From Reclinomonas americana ATCC 50394 (taxonomy: Eukaryota): DNA of 55,466 nt. Made by a program: the position numbers and the translations under genes. The stretch covers positions 1 through 55,466 of the forward strand of contig PS015331.1 of the NCBI GenBank assembly GCA_048213135.1, in the 5' to 3' direction. Each line of letters begins with the position of its first letter. The stretch's first letter is position 1. Under the pieces are notes generated by a model. The model did not search any database. It was not told the DNA's origin and was given only the letters and a program-made list of their open reading frames with translations. Shown one piece after another: positions 1 through 12,405 of this stretch.

Positions 1-27
1 GTAGTAGTAGTAGTAGTAGTAGTACGT

Positions 28-84
<57 letters not shown>

Positions 85-332
85 CAGAAAGAGAGACAGA
101 GAACAATGACAGAGAGTGGAAGCATTTTGGAGGGTGCCTGTGCCTTGGACGCGGGTTGTGCTGAACACCTGAGAATGTGAGATAGAGGAGAGTGTGGGGA
201 ACGACGTGGTGACAAGGAGTTGAAGAAGATGAGCGAGAAAGGTGCACTGAGGAATTTGGTGAAGATGAGGGGGAAGTCTCCATCTTCTGTTCTCTCTTCT
301 CTCTGTCTCTTGCTCACTGCCTCGCTCTGTAG

Positions 333-2321
333 GGATCGTGCAATCGGAGATCGCGCAAGAGTTTGTTGACGAGCGCCCGTACGAGATCACGGGCGTGTCG
401 GTGGCGCCCATGGCGGGCGTGACGAGGGCCGGGAGACGTGCGGCCGTCACCGGTAAGACGACGTTGCGCCACCCGCGGCACAATGGGCGGCATTCGAAGA
501 CGAGGAATGCGGTGCGTCGAGTGGGGGAAAGAGGAGGGGGGGAGGGGAGAAGGAGAGGGGGAAGGGAATCAAAGAGAGTTTGAAGTTGAGAGACAGAAGG
601 ACTTCAGGTCGAGTGTCAAGGGTCATGGAGAGGCAGGAGAGACACGGTTTGTTGGAGAGATGACAGCGGCGCGAGTCAGTGGAGGAGAAGGCGATTGGAG
701 TGATTCGAGGTGAAGAAAGAGGTCGAGCAATGCGCTGAAGGGCAGAGATGGCAGCGCCCGAGTCAGCGGAGGAGAAGAAGGCGAAAGCAATGATTCGAGG
801 AGAAGAACGAGGTCGAGCGATTCGTTGAAGGAAGAGATAACAGCGCCACGAGTCAGTGGAGGAGAAGAAGGCGAAAGACGTGACTCGAGGCGAAAATAGA
901 TGCATTGAAGGACAGAGAGAAGATAACATCAGGAGACAGTGAATGAGAAGGACGGGTTCGTGTCGCGTGCAAGCACGAACAGATATGATTCTCGTTAAGA
1001 CGGAAAGGTGATGAGCGAGTGGTGTAGGGTGAGAACGAGGCGTCATTTGTGAAAGAGAATGAGTGGGAGAGACGACTCGACTTTAGGTTGATGAAGAAGG
1101 GAAGGGAACAGCTGATGAATGCCTTCCGATGCGAGAGTGGTTCTTTTTGCATTGTGCCTTGTCGGCATGCTTCTTGTTCTTCCTTGACGCACGTGCTTCG
1201 CCGCTGTTTCTTGTGAGCAATACTTTGTAACTCTGTTGTTCACTCTGATCCTCAGCACCGTGCTGGAGTGTGAGTTATGCAGCTTGTTCTTTCATGACGC
1301 ACGCGCTGGTGTTTTTGTCGTCCGCTGTCACCGCTATTTCTTGTGCACAATGCTTTATCTCTGTTGTTCTCTCCGACCGTCAGCACCGTGCTTGAGTTGT
1401 GTTTCTCGTTCCTCCATGGCGCACGCGCTTTGTGTTTTGTCGCCCTCTGTCACCGCTATTTCTTGTGCGCAATGCTTATCTCACCACCGTGCTGGAGTGT
1501 GAGTTATGTTTCTCGTTCCTTGTGTTTTGTCGTCCGCTGTCGCCGCTGTTTCTTGTGCGCAATGCTTATCTCACCACCGTGCTGGAGTGTGAGTTATGTT
1601 TCTCGTTCCTTGTGTTTTTGTCGTCCGCTGTCTCCGCTGTTTCTTGTGCGCAATGCCGTGCTGGAGTGTGAGTTATGTTTCTCGTTCCTTGTGTTTTTGT
1701 CGTCCGCTGTCGCCGCTGTTTCTTGTGCGCAATGCTGCTGTTCTCTCCGACAAGCAGTGGACTTGCTCCCTCTCTCCCCCTTCTCCTTCCCTCTCTCCCC
1801 CTTCTCCTTCCCCTCTTCCCCCCTCTTCCCCCCTCTTCTCCCTCCTTCTCCCTCACCCTTCTCCCCCACCCTTCCCCCTTCGCAGCTCCCCGGCGCACTG
1901 CTCTTCACCAACTGGGTCATCCACCTGAAGGCCTCGAAGCGCCACGACCAGCTGAAATCGCTGATCGAGATGGGTGGCGGACGCGTGCTCAACGTCGACC
2001 CCACCAATCCGGCCTTTTCCGGCGACGCCGAAGACCGCGACCAGGCGGCCTCCCTGTGCAAGGAGGGCGAACTGTGTGTCGTACTGGTCGCCGACACGGA
2101 AGACGGCGTTGCGTGCTTTCTTTACTTTGTACCTTTTCCAGCAGTTGCTGGAAAAACCGGTCTTATTTGTCCAAATATAGGCAACGCATGGACTGAGCCC
2201 GGCATGGGCTCGTGAGGTCGAGCGCATTACCGGTCACCCGCCGCTGTCCTCCTCCTGGCTGCGCGACTGCATCTGCACGCAGGAGCTGCGCCTGTTCGAT
2301 CCCTACGTGTTTAAATTGTAG
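333..2321 (+). CDS. 3' part of a tandem-BRCT protein (BRCA1/BARD1-like C-terminus); exons 333-511, 1886-2107, 2181-2321; 5' end outside the window
   Basis: Spliced translation (W)IVQSEIAQEFVDERPYEITG...LLFTNWVIHL...QLKSLIEMGGGRVL...PPLSSSWLRDCICTQELRLFDPYVFKL*. It has two BRCT W-x3-[SC] helices and the LIE-x-GGG-x-V turn. GT/AG sites join in phase (donors at 512 and 2108). Confidence 0.8.
655..900. repeat. Intronic minisatellite, ~88-bp unit, ~3 copies
   Basis: gagtcag(t/c)ggaggagaag recurs at ~673, 760 and 850. Confidence 0.75.
1190..1745. repeat. Intronic minisatellite, ~90-bp unit
   Basis: ccgtgctggagtgtgagttatgtttctcgttcc...ccgctgtttcttgtgcgcaatgc repeated (e.g. units at 1481 and 1571). 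Confidence 0.85.
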
Positions 2322-2516
2322 GCAAGGCAAGCCGTTGACTTTGTTCGAATTCCTAGGCAAATTTCCGTTTTTTTCAGTGTGTTTGACGAGAGAGGAAAGT
2401 CAAACTCCCATTCACCTCCCCCCCGCACTGGAGGGAGACACTCGAGTGGGAGAAGGCATAGAGGGAGAGAGAGAGAGAGTGAGTGTGTGTGTGTGAGTGG
2501 AGTGGAGTGCGCACAC

Positions 2517-5500
2517 ATGGGGTGTGTCAACTGTCGGGAGCCGCATTACAAGTTTGCGCGCAATGCCGTTGCGCCGAGCTCGGTGAGTGGTTGTGATGAA
2601 TGAGGAGAGGAGGGAGGAGAGGAGAGGAGAGGGAGAAGAGGGGTATAAGGGTATAAGAGATGTTTGTCAAGTAACACACTGGCACGCGCCTGTCCGGCAC
2701 GACAAGTGTGTATTCGGCGTGTGGTGGTTTGTTTGTACGTGCATGAGGAGGGGGGAGAGGGAGTGAGAGGGAGACGAGGGAGAGGGAAGAGTGAGAGAGA
2801 GAGTGAGAGGAAAGAGCAGTTGTCTGGTCAGTTCTGCAGCAATTTCTCTCCTGTCTCTGTCGTTGGCTGCTGGGTGGTGTGTCACGCGCAAAAGCACACA
2901 GTCTATGTACCTGTCTGTCAGTGTTATCCTCTCTCTGTGTGAGTGCGCGTCTCCAGCTTGTTCGCTCCCTATCACTTGTTCGCCTCTTGTCTCCTCTCTC
3001 TACGCATGCGTCGTTGCATTATGCTCGACGTGGTCGCCGTTGTCTGCTTGCCAGTCATGCAAGGGTGTCTGCAGCGAGTCTTGTGCCACGGAGCTTCTTT
3101 TCGTTGTCAACGTCCGAGAGTTACTGGTCTGTGCAATATCAGTCGCTCTCCCGCTGTGTCGTAGCCAATTTTCTCTATTTTGTCTCTGTGGCGAGTCTCC
3201 CATGTGACGGAGACGCTTAGCTGCGCTCTCATTCCTTTGTCGTTGTCATTGCTGTAGTAGAGTCGCAGGATTCTCTGTTCATTGCAATTTATTGATGGTG
3301 GAACGAGGGGCAAAGAGAGGAAGAGGGACAGAGATGGAAGAAATGCAAAACTCATAGGCAGCGAAAGGCAGCGAAAGGCAGAGACAGCGAGAGAAAAAAC
3401 AAGGAGGGAAAGACAGGAAGAGAAGATAGGCGAGAAAATGCAGTCAGGCCACCAAAGAAAAACAGACTGGCAGAGAAGCAGTCCAGGTTGAGAGAAAAGA
3501 ACCAGGCTTCCGTTCTTGCTGTCTTCGTCTGCAGTCCTCCGTCCCCTATCTTTATTTCTTCACATATTGCTATGCTCTCTCTCTCTCTCTCTCTCTTCAG
3601 TCGATTCCCCACTTCCTTACATCACTGCTGTTGTGCTCTTTGCCCTCCCCCCTTATCTCTCATGTCACGGAAGAGGCAAAGGAAAAAGGACAGACGAGAG
3701 AGAGAGAGAGAGAGGAAGGATTGCAACGGGGACGTAGACTTAGTAAGGTTGGAGACAATAACAGAAGAGAGACGAGGAGTGGATGCGAGAGCCAGGTCAA
3801 ACCTCATTCTCCGTGCCGTTCCTTGATTGCAATCTTCCCGGTGCATCTCCTCTCTTTCTTTCTTCCCCCTTCGATCATCCCTCTTCTCATCTTCGCAAGC
3901 TGAGCATGAGAGTCACAGAATAGACAGACAGACAGACAATGTGAGGGAGAAAGTCAGCGACTGAAAGAGAGACAAGGATTCGAGCATCTGTCACTCTCCA
4001 TCACTTATGCTGCACTCCTCTCATCGCTCCTCCTTCTATCATCGCTTTCCCTTTCGTTCATGACCAACAAAGAGACAAGATGAGTGGAGTTGACACTCAC
4101 GGAGAGGAATCCTGGTTTCGAAAGAAACAGAAGGAGAACTGAATCAGTCCTTACTTCTCCCTGCGTTGTGCTGTCCTCGCAAGCAATCCTCTCGTCGCGT
4201 CTTTGCCCCTTGTCTTTCCCCTTTTATATTATTGCTTGCCCCCTCGCATGCCAAGTACGAGAAACAAGATGAATCGAACCTCAATCTCTTCGCGTCTTTG
4301 TGCTGTCCTTCTCCCTTGCCTCCCCTCACCTTTGCCTTCCCCTTCCCCTTCCATATATAGGCCGCCGCCCTCTGCGCCTCCCGGGTGGCCTACGAAGTAC
4401 CTGCGGGAGAGGCCGCCTCCTGCGCCCAACAACAACTGCACCTCCCCCCCGACCAAGCCCCCCTGCACCTCGTCAGCATGGACGTGGACGACATGCGGCG
4501 GTTAGCCGGTGCCCTGCTCGACAAGATCAACAACAACAGCAACAACAGCAACACGTGTGCCGCCGCTAGGGTGCCGCTACCCGTGCCCGTCAGTGTGCCG
4601 GATACACCCGTTGCCGCCGCCACCTCCACCCTCGGCGGCGGAGGAGGCACACCGGCCAGTGGCAAGTCGACGCCGCTCGGCAAGGCGCTCCCGATGTCGC
4701 CGGCATCGAGCGGCGGCCGGCATCGCGTCTCCAAGCAACACGCCTCGGCGCCGACGCACATTCCGCACCACAGACCACTGCTGCTGCAAAGGAATGGCGG
4801 CGGTGGCGGTGGCGGTGGCGGCGGCGGCCACGACACGCTGAATGCAACCGAGTGCTTCAGTCACGCCGGCAGCAGCTGCTCGTCGGCGTCGAATCGCGAC
4901 ACGGACGACGACGATGAGAGCGACATGCACAGTTTGTTTTCGGAGACGTCGTCGATTGCGTCGCGTAGCCGCGGTCGGCCGAGCACGCCGCTCTCGCAGC
5001 GCATTCCCGTGCGTCCACTGCACCTGCCGCCGCTGCAATTACCGAAGGGCGGCGGCGGCGGCGGCAATGGCGCGCACCCACCCGGCCTCTCACCCGTCAG
5101 CTCGCACGCCTCGACGGCGGGGCGGGCCGGTGCGCGCCAGTCGTCGTCGTCGGGGTGGGGCGAGTCGTCGGCGTACGTGCTACCGACGCGCGGTGCGATG
5201 GTGAATGCGCTTGGTGGGGGTGGGTCGCGGCGTGCGTCACTGGCGCCCATGCCGCCGAACGTGTTGGCGGCGGCGGCGCTGCAGGCGAGGAGGAATAGTT
5301 TGGCGATTTCGGTGGGAGAGGAGGCGGGGGCGGGGAGGAGGAAGAGCGTGGATTTTTCGCCGAGTTTTGGGCCGGTGGAGGGGGTGGGGAAGGTGGAGGT
5401 GAGTGTGAAGGGGAGAAGGGGAAGAAAGGGAAAGGGGAGTGATAGAAGGGGAAGAAAGGGGAAGAAGGCAAGGGGGAGTGAGGGGAAAGGAGAGAAGAGT

Positions 5501-7580
5501 GATTAGGAGTGATGCGAGAGATGGTGAGCGAGAGATGGTGAGGTGGGTGACGGTGAAGCGAGAGATGGTGAAGCCAGAGATGGTGAAGTAAGAGATGGTG
5601 AAACGAGAGATGGTGAAGTAAGGGGTGGTGAAGCGAGAGATGGTGAAGTGAGGGATGGTGAGGAAAGAGATGGAGAGGTGAGAGATGGTAAAGTGAGAGA
5701 TGGTGAGGTGAGAGCTTGTGAAGCGAGAGATGGTGAAGTGAGAGATGGTGAAGTGAGTGGTGGTGAAGTGAGGGGTGGTGAAGCGAGAGATGGTGAAGTG
5801 AGAGATGCTGGTGCGAGGATAAAGAAGCGAGAGATGGTGAAGCGAGAGATGGCGAAGCGAGAGATGGAGAGGTGAGAGATGGTGAAGCGAGAGATGGTGA
5901 GCGAGAGAAGGAGAAGTGAGGGGTCGTGAGGTGAGAGATTGTGAAGTGAGAGATGGTGAAGTGAGAGATGGTGCGGTGAGAAATGGTGAAGTGAGAGATG
6001 GTGTAGTAAGAGATGCTGATGCGAGGATGAATAAGCGAGAGATGCTGAAGCGAGAGATGGGATTTGCGAGAAAGACGAGCAATTGAATCAGGAGTAAGTG
6101 AGTGAGATGAGAGATGCTGCACTTTGTTTGAGATCAGTGCTGTATTCATTCGGTTTGGTTCTCACCTCTTGTAAAACAGGGTGTAAGTCCACGCGCAACG
6201 TTTGGCGACATTGAGGATCACTACGCATTACGCGACACGTCGTCACGAAGTGAGCTGTTTTCTTGCTGTGATTTGTGTTGCAGTGTGCTCAACACCTTGT
6301 CGATTGCAGTGCGTGCGCATCGCGTCGAGTTGAATCCCGCACATCGCCAGCGCACTGGCTCAATTAGTGCCTCCAATGGGGGGTCGCCGGGGCCTGGTGA
6401 TATTAGTTCGAGGACTCCGACGTCGTATGCGACGAGGAATCGGTCGCAGTCGGTGTCAACGCCGCCGTCTGAGGGGTGCGTGAGATAGGGGAAGAGAGGG
6501 AGAAGAGAGGGAGAAGGGAGGGAGAAGGGAGGGAGAAGGGAGGGAGAAGGGAGGGAGAAGGGAGGGAGAAGGGAGGGAGAAGGGAGGAGGAAGAGAGGGA
6601 AAGGAGAGGGAGAAGGGAGGGCGAATTCGAGTCTTGTTTTCGTTGGATAAGGGCGTGCATCACATTGATCGCGTGCACTGTCGACGGTTCTGAATCTTGT
6701 CTCTCTCTGTGTTGTATCATTTCGATTCTTGTCCCTCTCTCTTGCGTTGCTGCTTCTCTGTGTTGTACTGTCGCGATTGCCTTCAGCTTGTGAGTACTCA
6801 ACGATTGGTAGCATTCATAGTGCACAATTACACTCTCTCATTTTTCGGCTGCGCTTTTGTTCCTCTGCTGTGCGCTCGTTTCTCTGCTGCACTCTCGTTC
6901 CTCTGCTGCACTCTCGTTCCTCTGCTGCGTTCTCGTTGTTCAGCTGTGCTCTCGTTCCTCAGCTGTGCTCTCGTTCCTCAGCTGTGCTCTCGTTCCTCAG
7001 CTGTGCTCTCGTTACTCTGCTGTGCTCTCGTTCCTCAGCTGTGCTCTCGTTACTCTGCTGTGCTCTCGTTACTCAGCTGTGCTCTCGTTCCTCAGCTGTG
7101 CTCTCGTTCCTCAGCTGTGCTCTCGTTCCTCAGCTGTGCTCTCGTTCCTCAGCTGTGTTCTCGGTGTTCAGCCGTGTTCCCGTTCTTCTGTTGTGCTCTC
7201 CTTCCTCTCCTGCTCTCCCGATCATTCACCACATGTTTGTTGTTGCCAGACTTCTCCATTTCCTTCTCCTTCTTGCTCATCCTCTCCTCCCACAGACGAC
7301 CTGGCCGCCAGCCACATCGCAACAGTGTGGTCAAGTTTGCGAGCGCACACGCAGTGAGCCCGCAACCTCCGCCAGCACCTCAGCAAGCTCGCAGCCACGA
7401 TGGAGGTGCCGCGAAGGAGCATCAGCAGGAGTGTCGCGTGACAAGTTGCGTTATCTCACTGCTTCTCACTCTTATTGAGCTCTGGTGACTCATCATCCCT
7501 ACGTCGTACAGTTGCCGACACGGCGGGATCACCGTGGGCGCCCGACGAGCGCTCCGACAGGAATCTCAGTTAAAATGTAA
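2517..7580 (+). CDS. Hypothetical Ser/Gly/Pro-rich disordered protein with N-terminal MGC motif; exons ~2517-2582, 4361-5398, 6180-6238, 6284-6475, 7296-7437, 7512-7580
   Basis: Coding-like GC-rich exons with in-phase GT/AG junctions: MGCVNCREPHYKFARNAVAPSS|AAALCASRVAYEV...GVGKVE|GVSPRATFGDIEDHYALRDT|VLNTLSIAVRAH...|...GISVKM*. Confidence 0.65.
5515..6060. repeat. Intronic 15-bp minisatellite (gagagatggtgaag[ct])
   Basis: Direct tandem repetition; produces the spurious RDGE[AV] ORF. Confidence 0.9.
6860..7165. repeat. Intronic 19-bp minisatellite (ctcagctgtgctctcgttc)
   Basis: Direct tandem repetition. Confidence 0.9.
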
Positions 7581-7624
7581 TCCGGATAATTGTTCTTTTC
7601 TTGTGCGTGTATTGCGGCGATTTA

Positions 7625-8982
7625 TCAGCTGGAGGCCAGCAGTCCCAGTTCCTTGATGGCCTTGAATCTACGCGTGGAAGAGTGAGATGGGCGATATGGG
7701 GGGGAAGGGAGAGGGGAGGGAGGGGAAGGGGTTGAGTTGGGTGGTGATGACGCAACTGTTGAGGGACTTCCATGAGGGCGCGGAGGGCGAAGGATGTCTG
7801 CGGAGAAGGGGATAAGGGGAGAAAGGAGTGAGGGTCAACAATGAGGCAAGAAAGAGCAGCAGCTGCCATGGATGACAAGCGACCAAAGCGATGCGGGAAT
7901 CGAGAGCGACATCGTGAGAAACAGAGAAAATTGTTCGAGTTTGATGAAAAAGAAGGGAGGGAGAGAGAGAGAGAGAGAGAGAGAAGCAGAGGGAGAAGCA
8001 GAGGGAGAAGCAGAGGGGGAAGCAGAGGGAGAGGAAGATGATATGGAGAAATGCAAGCATTCTCTCTCTCCCTGTGCGTGAAGAGAGTGCCGAGTGCAGA
8101 GTGTGATAGGGAGGGAAAGAGAGACCACGGCCTGGAGGAGAACATGAAGACGAGGAGCAAGAGGGAGAATGAAGAAGATAGACAAGGTAGGAAGGGGAGA
8201 AAGTAATAGAAAGACCGAAAAACAACGCGAGATTATTTTGGAACTTTTGTCCCCCCCCATTGACGGTCACAACAAGAACGGCCCCTGGTGACCGTGACGG
8301 GTTTCTCGACGGAGCAAGGGTAAAGGAGTAGAGAACAACTATAGAGTCACACTACAAGGGCAAGGTATAGAAAAGCCGGGTAGGGAACAAGTGATCTAAC
8401 AATAATCCACTTGCAAACTTGAGCAAGTGATGAAGCGCGAAGGTGACAATTCAGATCTCATTTCTGACAGAGGGTGGACTGCCGCTTTCAAAGCAGAGCG
8501 CTGCCAAAGACCCAAAGGAGTGTGAGACCAAGTGACGACAAACCTCTGGATCCATGTCTTCCACACGGACAGTGTCCTCGAACTCCACGAATTGAAACTG
8601 TTGAACAAGGAAACTGGTTGGTGACAACTTGCGGAGCAGAACTTCAAAGAGGAGCGCGCAACATTGTCAAACAACCGGGATGGGATGTTGTCGTCGAAGT
8701 CCTGTGACAACAGCAGGTCAGCGGTGTGGTGTACAGCAGGCGCCAAGAGGTGCACGCACCTTCATCGTATCCCACGGGCCGTCGCCAACACCCACCTGCA
8801 TGCAGCGGCACGAGTCAGTGCGGTGACAAGAAGAGAATGGGGTCGTTTCACTCACCATGACAATCGACAGTGGCTGGTCAGGGGCGAGGCGAGCCAGTAA
8901 TTTGGGGAAGTTGAAGTAAGAGAGGACCAATGTCGGTATTGGGACAGGGAGTGCAATATTAAACGGCAAAAATGGGAGAGAG

Positions 8983-9026
<44 letters not shown>

Positions 9027-12000
9027 CGACGGAAGAAAAGACCACTCACATATCTGCTGGCGTCGACAATCGCCTGAATGGTGTCCTCCATGTTGGTGAC
9101 TTGACCCTGCGAGACAGATACTTCAGTGCGGGTCGATCACAACGGAAACAGGGCCCCGCCACCCAGAGTGAAAGGAGTATACACGTTGCTGACAATCATA
9201 GGAGCATACGTAGAGCCCGCATGCGATAGAGAGAGACTCGAGGTGGGTGAGACACGGAATGTCCATCCAGTACGAAAAGTGTATGTTCGATGATGAGCAG
9301 TTCGATACCATACACGCATAGGTAGAGCCCAAATGGAATAGAAAGAGACTCGAGGTGGGTGAGACATGGAATGTCCACCCGGAGTGAAAGAGCATGCACG
9401 CTGCTGTGCTGTTTCGAGACCGTAGACGGATAGGTAGATCCCACATGAGATAGAAAGAGATTCGAGGTGGGTGAGACATGGAATGTCCACCCAGAGTGAA
9501 GAGAGCATGCACGCTGCTGTGCTGACCGACAACCACAAACGCATAAGTAGGTCCCACATGAGATAGAGAGAGACTCGAAGTGGGTGAGACATGGAATGTC
9601 CACCCAGATTGAAAGGAGTATGCACGACCATGGGCGCATAGGTAGAGCCACATGGAATAGAGGTGGGTGAGACATGGCATGTCGAGGCGCAGCACACCAC
9701 ACGAATCAACGACAAGCACTGACAATCCTTACTCATAAGAGGGAGAAGAGAGGAAGGTGAAGAGAGAAAAGAAGATGCAAGTGCCGATGCTTTCCTGACA
9801 AACACTCCCCAGCACCCACACTCACATCGGCGACAATGATCAGCACGTGGTACTGCCGTGTGTGGCGCACAATTGCAATCGCTGCGCGCAGCGAGTTAGC
9901 CATGCACTTCCAGCCTCCCTCCCCCCAAACCACTCACCCTCGCGAATCAGGGGCGCGAAATTGGTGGGCCCGCTGAGCGACAGTCGCGGGACGATCTCAT
10001 TGTAGCGGCAGAGCACTTCGGCCAGGCCGTGGCACGGGCGTTCCTCGAAGAACGGGAATACGCTGCGGTCGCGCGTCCGCATATCACCTGCATGCCGCAA
10101 GTGAGAGTGCGGTGGAGTGGCGGCGAGTGGAGGGCGAGAAGGGACGCACCGAAACCAAAGGCGGGAATCAGCTGATCGTCGTCGAATTCGGAGAGGGTGC
10201 GGCCGATAATGTCAATGGCGCGCTGGTAGGGGTTCCAGGCGGCCAGTGGTGGGGTGGAGGCCTGGGCGGCTTTGTGGGAGGTGTTGTCGTCGCTGTCGAG
10301 GGAGGGGGTGCTCTTGGGGGCGGGGGCGGAGGGGCTGCAAAAAGGGGAATGGGTGGGTGAAGGGAAAGGGAAAAGGGAAAGGGGAAGGGAAAGGAAAAGG
10401 GGAAGGGAAAGGGAAAAGAGGGGGAAGGGCGAGGAGGGGAAGGGGAGGAGGGGAAGGAGAGAAGGAGAAGGAGAGAAGGAGAGAAGGAGAAGGAGAGAAG
10501 GAGAGAAGGAGAGAAGGAGAAGGAGATAAGGGAAGGGTGCCAGGGAAAGGGAAAAGAGGGGGAATGGCGAGAAGGGAACGGGCGAGGAGGGGAAGGAGAG
10601 AAGGAGAAAGGAGAGAAAGAGAAGGAGATAAGGAGATATGAGAAGCGAGCCCTGGAGCGGGAGACGAGTTGAGAAGAGGTGCAGCATCGAAGAGTTAGAG
10701 TGCACAGATAAGAGAAGGGAATGACGAGCACAAGAGAGAGAGAGAGGAGGGGCAGGAGGGCAGGATTGACAAGGATGAAGATTGAGGTGAACTGTAAGAA
10801 AAGGGTCGCGGAATAGCAAGACGGCTGAGAGCGCAATAATCGCAAACGAGAAGGCAAGCTTGCTTCTGCGGACTTGGTTGCATCTCTCCTGCAACGCAAC
10901 GACGCCGCTGGCCGGTAGCGGGCCCACTGAGAATCGATGTGATGCAGGCACTTGCCGCCGAATGAGCGCTGCCCGGTCCACTCGTTGGACTTGGTGAAGT
11001 CTGTGGAGAGAGGATGAGAATTGACTGGAATCGAGGCGAAGTGAGCTGCGACGCACCGACGCCAATGATCAGGTTGCACGACTCGAGGCCCTCGCGACGC
11101 AGCGCTGTCTGGACGTCTTCGAGGGAGCGGAAGATGTCGCCTGGCAAACAAGCGATCAGACAAGGGAGAAGAGAGCTTTCAGGAGCAGCCAAATCGATTC
11201 AAGAATGGGGAAGGCGATGAGCAAAGAAGAGATCAGAGACTCGTCACCACGTGAGTGGAAAAAAGGAAGGCCACGCGAGGAGCGATGGACACGGGGGAGG
11301 CGGAGTGAGAAAGAGATGCGACGAACGACACGGGGAAGGAAAGAGGGCGATGAGGAGGAAGACGGATGTCAGGAAGAGGCCAGAAGCGTGCAGGATGATC
11401 GAGTGGGTGTGGAGGGCGGAGCACTCTCGAGAATGGTGAAGACAAGGACGAGAGCGATCAGGAGGGGAGAAAGGAAGACTTATCAGGTGGGCGCGGAGGA
11501 TGGAGAAGACAACAACGGGAGCGATCGCGACAGGAGATGGACGCCTGGCAAAGGACAGAATCGTGCTGGATGATCGAGTGGGTGTGGAGGAAGAGTGTGC
11601 ATTGTGAAGGTTAGTGCACGACTGGCAAAGACCAGACGACCAGGTGGGCGTGGAGGAAGAGTGCGCACTCTCCAGCGTGGTGAAGAGAGCAACGGGAGGT
11701 GATGGATATCTGGCAGAGGCCAGGTATGTGTGACGATCAGGTGGGCGTGGAGGATGGAGAAGACAACAACGGGAGCGATTGCGACAGGAGATGGACGCCT
11801 GGCAAAAGACAGATGGTGATCGAGTGAGTGTGGAGGAAGCAGCGTGGTGAGCGTGAGTGACGAGGGGATGCCTGGTAATGGACAGATGTGTGCCAGACGA
11901 TCAGAAGAAGAAGCACTCTTCAGAGTGGAGAAGACAACGACAGATGCGATTACAGCGAGTGAGTGACGAGGTGATGAGATGAATGACTGCGAAGGGCGAC

Positions 12001-12357
12001 GACCGAGTGGGCGTGGAAGAAGAAGAAGCACTCTCGCGAGTGTTGAAGTCAACAATGCGAGCGATCGGGAGAGGAGAAGGGCAAAGTGACCGCTCGCAAG
12101 TGACGGAGACAACTCACTCCAACCAAGTTCTCCCTCATCATCCCCCACCACTCTCCTCACCAAAGCATGCAAACTTGTTGCCACTGCCAGCGGCCGACGC
12201 CCCAGAAGACGACGAATCGCGACGCTTCTGAATGGCGCGAAGGATCTACAATCACAGACAGATCGTTGAGGCCCAACATTGCCTCCACAGCAACGAAGAC
12301 GCAGCAGCGCACCAGGAAGAACACAAGGCCGAGGAGACCCCACGCGATTGGGCCCAT
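7625..12357 (-). CDS. Copine/RGLG-type vWA-domain protein with N-terminal hydrophobic anchor; multi-exon
   Basis: Motifs in order: LEDVQTALRREGLESCNLIIGV|DFTKSNEWTG, NPYQRAIDIIGRTLSEFDDDQLIPAFGFG, SGPTNFAPLI, QYHVLIIVAD|GQVT, PLSIVMV|GVGDGPWDTM, FDDNIPSRLFDN|FQFV, ALMEVPQ|QFKAIKELGLLASS*. First exons give MGPIAWGLLGLVFFL|ILRAIQKRR. Confidence 0.9.
9150..9690. repeat. Intronic minisatellite, ~112-bp unit
   Basis: gaggtgggtgagacatggaatgtccaccc recurs about 5 times. Confidence 0.85.
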
Positions 12358-12405
12358 GTTTGTTCACTGACACGTGGTGTTTTGTGAGACGGCCACGCGT
12401 CACAA

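Noticed and set aside
5097-6149. His/Leu/Ser-repeat ORFs on the minus strand
   Set aside because: Translation of the 15-bp intronic minisatellite
9150-9690. Conserved motif with variable intervening sequence, CRISPR-like in appearance (also 17210-17585 and 29797-30095)
   Set aside because: The intervening parts are homologous to each other, there are no cas genes, and the context is eukaryotic; these are degenerate minisatellites
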